15,647 nucleotides of DNA from an uncultured archaeon (lineage in GTDB: Archaea; Micrarchaeota; Micrarchaeia; Micrarchaeales; CABMGC01). The DNA lies in the NCBI GenBank assembly GCA_963787445.1, contig CAWBCT010000016.1, positions 1 to 15,647 on the forward strand. Reading direction: 5' to 3'. Every line of letters starts with the position of its first letter. Within the stretch, counting starts at the first letter, position 1. A program made the translations under genes and the position numbers. The notes beneath the pieces were generated by a model that saw only the letters and a program-made list of their open reading frames with translations, ran no database searches and was not told the origin of the DNA. Below, piece after piece: positions 8,632-15,647 of the stretch.

Positions 8632-9039
8632 TCATGCACCAATAATTTTAGTTGCCTTATCAAAAATGTTTGTTAAATTTCCACCTAAATCATGCTCCCA
8701 TATCCTAATCACATTCCAACCGAGTTTTCTCAGTTCTTTGCTGCCATTTCTATCTCTAAACCTGTTTGCCTTAATCTTAGGTATCCAGTATTTCCTATTT
8801 GATTTCGGTTCTTTGTAACATTTTGGACAACCATGCCAAAAACAACCATCTATGAATATGGCTATCCTCTTTTTCGGAAATGCTATATCTACAATCTTCG
8901 ATCCCACACGATAATTCTTTCTGTATCTATATCCATTTCTAAAGAGCATATTTCGAAACAAAAGTTCTGGTTTTGTGTCGTACCTACCAATTTTTGACAT
9001 TATCTTGCTTCTTGTAGCTTTGGAGAACTTATCCGGCAT
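8632..9039 (-). CDS. vsr: Very short patch repair (Vsr) endonuclease, second, not a recent copy of the first
   Basis: MPDKFSKATRSKIMSKIGRYDTKPE, FIDGCFWHGC, YWIPKI...RD, LGWNVIRIWEH. The ORF could extend to GTG 9048. Confidence 0.93.
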   Translation of the reverse strand: MPDKFSKATRSKIMSKIGRYDTKPELLFRNMLFRNGYRYRKNYRVGSKIVDIAFPKKRIAIFIDGCFWHGCPKCYKEPKSNRKYWIPKIKANRFRDRNGSKELRKLGWNVIRIWEHDLGGNLTNIFDKATKIIGA

Positions 9040-9057
9040 GTTGTGCACTTCTATGGT

Positions 9058-10153
9058 TTATGCTAAAGATTGTGCGCTTATAACTTCATCCTGAACTTTG
9101 ATTCCAGCCTCCTTGATAATCGCCTTTGCTACTGCATATGATAGTTTTGCTGGAACAGAGTTTCCTACTAATTTATACTTAACAGTTGGATTGCTCCCCA
9201 AAAAAGAATAATTTATTGGATAGCATTGCAGTGAAGCTGCTTCACGTATAGTAGGTTTTCTATAAATTACCTTTTTACCTTTCTTGGCTTCTAATACCAT
9301 GGTCTCTCTAGATGCATTGAATTGAGTGGCCATCACCGTTCTCGAAGGCCTATCCAAATCATCAGGAAATTTCATATTGCCGTAGTATGGATGTTCCACT
9401 TTTTGTTTCCTATTTCTAGCGGCTTCCTCTTCACTCATGACCGAATATTTTCCAAAGTGGTCTTCGGAGTTCCTTTTCCTCAATTTTAATATTATAATTT
9501 GGATTTTCGACTAAAGAAGAGGTTTTTGGCCTACCCAAAGGATTAGGGTATGATTCTATAACATGTCTCATTGAAATCCATTTTTGATATCTATCGCCGA
9601 AAAGATTAACAGTAGGATTTTCTGAATGTGTCTGTATCGGATTAGGGTACACTCCGGAGAATAGACGTAACCTCTTTTGAGGGGCACCGAAATCTGCAGA
9701 ATTAAAAATCTGTAATTTGGGTATATCGAAATACCCTTCTTTGTTTATTCCTATATCCTTTAGCTTGAATCGGTTTGGAAGAGCTTGCATAAGTCTAGGC
9801 ACATTTTCCATAATCCACCATCGTGGTTTCAGAGAGTCTAAAAATAGTACAAATATCTCGATACCAATATAAGCCCCTTCTTGAAATCTCCACCACCACC
9901 CTTCTTCGGATCCGGAGAACTCGGTGCACGGCGGCCCTCCGATAATAACATCTGCATGTGGAACATCAGAAGCATCAAGAGTCAGAACATCCGCCTTTAT
10001 TGTTTCAGTATCTGGATTATTGAACTTAAAAGTATCAACTGCAGGGCCCCAATTATCTGTCGCATATATCACATCAAAACCAGCCTGCTTAAATCCTTCT
10101 GAAAATCCACCGGCACCAGCAAAGAAATCTACAACTGTCAATTTTTTATTCAT
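9058..10153 (-). CDS. dcm: DNA (cytosine-5)-methyltransferase, second (frameshift near 9470 plus a probable compensating pair near 9908 and 9842)
   Basis: ORF 9431..10153 has DFFAGAGG, GGPPCTEFS, MENVP and FGAPQKRLR; ORF 9058..9483 has FPDDLDRPSRTV, TIREAASLQCYP and VGNSVP. The odd EEGWWWRF segment reads KKGGGGDFKKGLILV in another frame. Confidence 0.9.
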
Positions 10154-10265
10154 CCAATCACATCATATTTGAACATCAAGTTATATAAAAGCACTATGTT
10201 GCATAATTATTACTTTATTACATTAATACTAAAAGTATTTAATACCATGCATCGTACTAAATACC
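10154..10265. promoter_or_regulatory. Divergent AT-rich promoter region between dcm and the RHH gene, with candidate operator repeats
   Basis: TTATATAAAA at 10181-10190; inverted repeat AATACT-aaa-AGTATT at 10225-10239; direct repeat AATACCATG at 10241 and 10260. Confidence 0.45.
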
Positions 10266-10404
10266 ATGACTAAAATTCTGTCGAGAACGACTATACTTAT
10301 AGATAAAGAATTGTGGAAACGCTTCAAGATAAAAGCGATTAGGGAAGGCGTTTACTGCTTCGGGACTACTCGAAAGACTCATCAAAAAGGAAGTAGAAAG
10401 CTGA
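10266..10404 (+). CDS. Small ribbon-helix-helix (CopG/Arc/MetJ-like) DNA-binding protein (~45 aa; frameshift near 10352)
   Basis: MTKILSRTTILIDKELWKRFKIKAIREGV; removing one T from GTTT gives TASGLLERLIKKEVES* (TGA 10402-10404), a typical strand-helix-helix pattern. Confidence 0.75.
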
Positions 10405-10438
10405 TGAGTTCATTAAATAATAACCTTGAGGATATAGG

Positions 10439-12415
10439 ATGGTTGCATTCTACCGCAATAATGTAAATGATTTTCTAAAAGACGGGAAAGCTAGCGTGCT
10501 TGGGGCCCTTGCGTCTGGGCAAGCATCTAACAGTTTTGAGACAAGACCTGAGCAAGAAGTTTCATGGGAAGAAGAAATAGAGATGCTTGAAAAAACCCTA
10601 TCAGCTCTTAATCATAATTATGGCCCGCTAAGCTGGGGATTGCTTCTAGAATATACGATACCTCGACGTCCAAAGAGAATAGATGCTGTGATTTTAGCAG
10701 GGAGCGTAATATTTATACTGGAATTCAAGAATACCATTTCTAACAAATATAAACATGCTGATAAACTTCAAGTGGAAGATTATTGTCTAGATCTTGAAGA
10801 TTTCCATAAAGAATCCACAGGTAGGACCATAGTCCCAGTGCTGATTGTGCCTGACGCCGCATATGAAAATAGCCCGATTCCTAATGGCCACGGTGTCAAC
10901 AATGTTCTTTTAGCAAACAGAAATAATTTAGGAGAGATTTTGTGGGTAACTTTTCAAAAACTCAACGGTGGAACGCAAATTAATCTTGAGTTGTGGAGCA
11001 ATAGTATCTATTCACCAACACCAACAATAATAGCGGCTGCGCAGTACATGTATGCCACACACAATGTATCTAATATAACAAGGAACGACGCTGGACACGA
11101 GAATCTTAAAAAGACTTCAGATGTGATTATTTCGGCAATACACGACGCAAAGGCGAATAACAAAAAGCTAATATGCTTCATCACTGGGGTACCAGGATCT
11201 GGAAAGACATTAGCGGGCCTGAACATTGTGCATAATTTTAGCCTTCATGGTGGCAGTGACCTAGGGATATTTTTATCCGGTAATGGCCCCCTAGTAGAGG
11301 TATTGCAAACTGCTCTTGTAGAGGATGCCCATTCAAGAAGAAAAATACCATTACGTAAGGCTAGGCACGAAGCTGAAACATTCATACAAGGTATGCATGG
11401 ATGGATTAAACATTACGATACTGCGGAAAAGTGCGAGCCATTGGAGCATGTGGTAATATTCGATGAGGCCCAAAGGGCATGGAAGGCAGGCAGGAGAGGT
11501 AGATTTCAAGGAGCGCGTAGTGCATCTGAACCAGAGCTCATTTTAAACATAATGGACAGGCAAAAGGATTGGGCTGTCATAGTAGCCTTGGTGGGATTAG
11601 GCCAAGAAATAAATAAAGGCGAAGGGGGATTGAGGGAATGGGGAACTCTTCTAAGTACCAAATTCACTGATTGGAAAATTTATATTTCTCCTGAATTGAA
11701 AGTAGGAAACCGTAATTCAATAGGTGATACTTTATTTGACTCTGTGCCAACCGGACGCGAAGTCATAGAAAATGGCGATTTACATCTTGACGTCTCCGTA
11801 AGGTCCTACCGTGCTGAAAAACTTTCACAATGGTGCGAATATGTCTTGAACAACGAAAACGAAAAAGCAAAAGAGGTATTAGAGGCGAGCTTAAAATCAT
11901 ACCCAATAAAACTTACGAGAGACTTGGACAAAGCGCGGAGCTGGCTAAAAATTCAATGCAGAGGGCTAAGACTCTCAGGCCTACTGGCCACTTCAGAAGC
12001 TAGAAGACTTAGACCGTATGGTGTCTTCGTAGATATGCATGTCGATGCAAGCAAATGGTTCTTAGGCGCTAAAGATGATGTGAGATCTTCATCCTTTTTA
12101 GAGCTTGTAGGCAAAGAATATCTCGTACAAGGTCTAGAATTGGATTGGACAGGCCTGTGTTGGGACGCTGATTTCAGGAGAGACGGGAATAATTGGGGAT
12201 TTTATAGTTTCAGGGGCACCAAGTGGCAAAAAATAAAATCAGAGATAAGCAAGAGATATCTTTTAAATAAATACAGAGTTCTACTTACGCGAGCCAGAGA
12301 AGGTATGATTATATGGGTTCCAAAAGGCGACGAGGATGATAGCACAAGAAATCCATTATTTTATGATGCTATTGCAGATTATCTAAAACAATGCGGTGTG
12401 GAAGAAATATTATAG
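10439..12415 (+). CDS. DUF2075 (Schlafen group-3-like) helicase/ATPase with N-terminal PD-(D/E)xK-like nuclease domain
   Basis: N-terminal LEYTIPRRPKRIDAVIL...ILEFK; Walker A ITGVPGSGKT; LSGNGPLV; Walker B VIFDEAQRAW; GLGQEI; VQGLELDW; NKYRVLLTRAREG. Intact 658 aa. Confidence 0.85.
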   Translation: MVAFYRNNVNDFLKDGKASVLGALASGQASNSFETRPEQEVSWEEEIEMLEKTLSALNHNYGPLSWGLLLEYTIPRRPKRIDAVILAGSVIFILEFKNTISNKYKHADKLQVEDYCLDLEDFHKESTGRTIVPVLIVPDAAYENSPIPNGHGVNNVLLANRNNLGEILWVTFQKLNGGTQINLELWSNSIYSPTPTIIAAAQYMYATHNVSNITRNDAGHENLKKTSDVIISAIHDAKANNKKLICFITGVPGSGKTLAGLNIVHNFSLHGGSDLGIFLSGNGPLVEVLQTALVEDAHSRRKIPLRKARHEAETFIQGMHGWIKHYDTAEKCEPLEHVVIFDEAQRAWKAGRRGRFQGARSASEPELILNIMDRQKDWAVIVALVGLGQEINKGEGGLREWGTLLSTKFTDWKIYISPELKVGNRNSIGDTLFDSVPTGREVIENGDLHLDVSVRSYRAEKLSQWCEYVLNNENEKAKEVLEASLKSYPIKLTRDLDKARSWLKIQCRGLRLSGLLATSEARRLRPYGVFVDMHVDASKWFLGAKDDVRSSSFLELVGKEYLVQGLELDWTGLCWDADFRRDGNNWGFYSFRGTKWQKIKSEISKRYLLNKYRVLLTRAREGMIIWVPKGDEDDSTRNPLFYDAIADYLKQCGVEEIL

Positions 12416-12548
12416 CTCAAGCTAATTATTCCTTCAATGCCTTTCCATTATTCACCCAGAAACAGCTGGCTATTTGTATAGCGTTGCCATAGCGCATTTT
12501 GTTAACCCTCTGCTATTATTGGGAGCTCGAAATTTGAACCAATATGAC

Positions 12549-12601
12549 ACAAAACCTTTAAGAGCTTCACATCGCCTATATTCTTATTCATTGGTGTCTA
12601 C
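12549..12601 (+). promoter_or_regulatory. ileS promoter/leader (right)
   Basis: Identical to the reverse complement of 3491..3543; TTTAAG at 12557-12562 and GGTG SD-like motif before the GTG. Confidence 0.55.
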
Positions 12602-15600
12602 GTGTTCGACCTTAACAAGAACGAAGAGGAGGTTCTCCGCTACTGGAGCGAGAACAGCATCCTCGAGAAGACACGCGCCAAGAACAAGGGCAAGAAGCCC
12701 TTCTACTTCCTAGACGGCCCTCCCTACGCCTCCGGCGAGCTTCATCCTGGTCAGATCTGGGTGAAGGATGTCAAGGATATACTTCTCCGCTACCGTCGCA
12801 TGAACGGGTGGGATGTCCACGACCGCGCCGGATACGATGTCCATGGCCTTCCCATTGAGAATAAGGTGGAGAAAGAGCTGAAATTAGGCTCCAAGAAGGA
12901 GATCGAGAGCATCATTGGGGTGGAGAACTTCATCAAGCGCTGCAAGGAGTTTGTTGATGCTCTTATACCTAACATGAAAAGGGATTATGAGCGCTTTGGC
13001 GTTTCCCTCGACCTTGATAATCCTTATTATGCCTACAAGCGCGATTTTATTGAGTCCGGATGGACAATATTGAAAAAAACGTATGAAAAAGGATTGTTGT
13101 ACCAAGACCTCAAGTCGATGCTTTACTGTACTCACTGCGAAACGGTTCTGGCGCAGGGAACCCTTGAAGTGTCTTACTCTGACGAGAAGGACCCCGCCAT
13201 ATTTGTTGCATTTAAAGTTGATGCGAAAGCCTCTAAGCCAACGATAAAGATCGATGAAAACACCTATCTGCTAATCTGGACCACAACCCCCTGGACCATA
13301 CCTGCCAACATTGCAGTTGCTGTTAATCCTAAAGTGCGTTATGTGAAGGCAAGAATAAGCAACAAATCACTGATAATCGCGCAAAGCCGCCTTGATGCCG
13401 TTGTTGATGTCCTTGGAGAGAGTGCAGTCGTTGAGAGCGAGTTTTATGGCAGCGAACTTGAGGGAATAAAGTACCTGAGCCCTCTTGAGGACCAGATACC
13501 TAAGCAGAAGGAGTTCAGGAAGTTTCACAAGGTCATCTTTGAAGAGGGCATTGTTTCATCCACTGAGGGGAGCGGTCTTGTCCACATAGCGCCCGGCCAC
13601 GGCGCAGAGGACTACGCTGCTGGAAAGAAGAACAAACTTCCGATTTTCGTGCCCCTTGACATGCATGCTCACTACACCTCTGATGCAGGAACCCTGGAAG
13701 GTATAGCTGTTCCTGGCGAGGCGAACGAGAAGGTCCTTTCTTACCTAAAGACGACTGGCGCTCTTCTTGATGTAGGCACCGTAGTTCACAGTTATCCTCA
13801 CTGCTGGAGGTGCAATAACAAACTAATCATGATTGGCACACACCAATGGTTCCTTAACGTCCAGAAGGTCAAGAAGAAGATAATCAGGGAGAACCGCAAG
13901 GTCTCATGGCATCCCGTAGAAGCGCAGGCCTGGATGGAGGATGTACTTCAGAACTCTCCGGATTGGTGCTTCTCTCGTCAAAGGTACTGGGGGACCCCGA
14001 TACCGATCTGGGAGTGTGAGAAGTGCAAGCACATTGAGGTTATCGGATCTGTTGAGGAGCTTTCACAAAAGGCGCACAACAAAGAGGCAGTAGCAAAGCT
14101 GCATGACCTTCATAGACCTTACGTAGATGCGATATTACTAGACTGTCCTAAGTGCAAGGGCTCCATGCGCCGCATCAACGATGTGGCGGACGTGTGGTTC
14201 GATGCAAGCATAGCATTTGTCGCAAGCCTGAGCAAGGAGGAGTTTGACAGGCTGTTTCCTGCGGCGTTCATACTTGAAGGCAAGGACCAACTAAGGGGAT
14301 GGTTCTCTGTTCTACTTAAGAGCAGTGTAATGGTCTACGGCAAGACGCCGTTCAAGAATGTGGTCATAGACGGCATGTTACTCGCGGAGGATGGCAGGGA
14401 GATGCACAAGAGTTTGGGCAATTATATCTCACTGAAGGAGTTACTCACACTTACTAGCGCAGATGCGTACCGACTTTGGGTTTCAAGCCACACCCAGTGG
14501 TTGGACCTTCAGTTCAAGAAGGATGAGATAAAGGAAGCGAGCAAGAAGATTAATATTTTGTATAACGTTTTCCAGCTGTTTGAGGATTATGCCTCTGCCA
14601 TAGATTATAAGGCAAACCAGATCAAGAAGCCTAGAATTAATGAGAAGAGTAATCTGGAGGATGTTTGGATTGTATCGAGACTTAATTCTACCCTCAAGGC
14701 TGCTACCGAATCTCTTGAGAAGTATGAGGTTCAGGTTGCGAACAACGCACTTGGGGAGTTCTGCCTCAACGATCTGAGCCGATTTTATCTAAAGATAGCC
14801 AAGAAAAGGATAATCGATGGGAGCAGGTCAGAGGCAAAGAAGACCCTTGACTTGATAAATTACCTACTTTACACGTTAATTTCTGCGTACTCTCCTTTCA
14901 TACCGTTCACTTCAGAGTATCTTTATCTGAAGTATTACAAGAAGGAGGGCTCAACAGAGAGTATCTTCCTGAATGATTGGCCGAAGACGAACAAGAAGCT
15001 GATTAATGTTGAAGTTGAGGCTGGCTTTGAGTTGGCAATGGACTCAGTAACTGCGATACTCAGCAGCCGTGAGAAGGCGAACATTAAACTGAGGCAGCCA
15101 TTATCGAAGGCAACCCTCGAAGTTCACAAAGCAGAGGCCGAACAGTCCCTTCAGAGGTTCGCAAGGATCGTGGAGGACTACACTAACCTCAAGCATCTCG
15201 AAGTCAAGCGAACCGAGAGTTTCGAGGTGGAGATCCGCCGATGTTTGCGAAACTAGGCCCAGCCTTCAAGGACAAGGCTGGGGCTGTTGCTGAGGCCTTA
15301 AAGACCGCGGACGCTAAGGCGCTTGAGGCGGGCATAGAGAAGAAGGGGACGTTTAGCTTGCATACGGCTAAGGGCCCAGTTGAGGTCAGTTCCGAGCACT
15401 TTACCCTGCTCGAGAAGGCCTCCAAGCCCAACAGCGTTCCCTTCCGCGCTGGCATAGCCTACATCGACCCGCAGATCGACAAGGAGCTCCAGTCCGAGGC
15501 TCTCATCAGGGAGTTCGAGAGGCACATCCAGCTCCTCCGCAAGGAGATGCAGTTGAGAAAGCCCGATAGGGTAAGGGTTCACTACACCGGCTCGCCGCTG

Positions 15601-15647
15601 CTCGCCGGGTTGGTGAAGGAGAATATGGTTAAGATCAAGAAGGACGT
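12602..15647 (+). CDS. ileS: Isoleucyl-tRNA synthetase, archaeal type, right copy (one frameshift near 15237; 3'-truncated by window edge)
   Basis: Same IleRS motifs (GPPYASGELHPGQ, WTTTPWT, SRQRYWGTPIP, EMHKSLGN). After restoring one C (CGC CCG ATG) the frame stays open to the window end (PMFAKLGPAFKDK...REFERHIQLLRKEMQLRKPD...). Confidence 0.96.

Larger units (their letters stand above)
12549..15647. repeat. Right outer arm of ~3.1 kb diverged inverted repeat (runs off the window)
   Basis: Collinear reverse-complement homologue of 444..3543. Confidence 0.95.

Noticed and set aside
10404-10466. 66-aa ORF 10266..10466 as a single protein
   Set aside because: The tail is better explained by a one-base frameshift; the corrected RHH ends at 10404.
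444-15647. Simple fold-back (template/complement) sequencing artefact
   Set aside because: The arms differ by many codon-aware synonymous substitutions and contain entirely different cassettes; a fold-back read would give the same sequence twice with random errors.
1-15647. CRISPR array, tRNA/rRNA genes, integrase or invertase
   Set aside because: No regularly spaced repeats, cloverleaf-like sequences or recombinase motifs were seen by eye; the only mobility gene is the IS5 transposase.

Overview
Archaeal-type DNA (TATA/BRE-like promoters, GGTG(A) ribosome-binding motifs, archaeal-type IleRS; DPANN/Micrarchaeota-like is only my guess) organised as a ~15 kb imperfect palindrome. An intact IS5-family (IS903-like) element (6387-7439, perfect 18-bp terminal inverted repeats, no target-site duplication) sits at the centre. 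Reading outward, each arm has a small conserved hypothetical gene X, a low-GC restriction-modification cassette and a copy of ileS with its promoter. Gene X and ileS are homologous between arms but diverged, mostly at synonymous sites. The cassettes are different: left = HinP1I-like endonuclease + C5 methyltransferase + Vsr; right = MutH/Sau3AI-like endonuclease + Vsr + C5 methyltransferase + RHH regulator + DUF2075 nuclease-helicase. The window looks like two alleles of one hypervariable defence locus (geneX-[RM]-ileS) fused head-to-head through an IS whose two ends each lie exactly 49 bp upstream of gene X. About 11 apparent small (1-2 base) indels, many in homopolymers, break many genes and point to uncorrected long-read error, so pseudogene calls and the reality of the junction need read-level checking.
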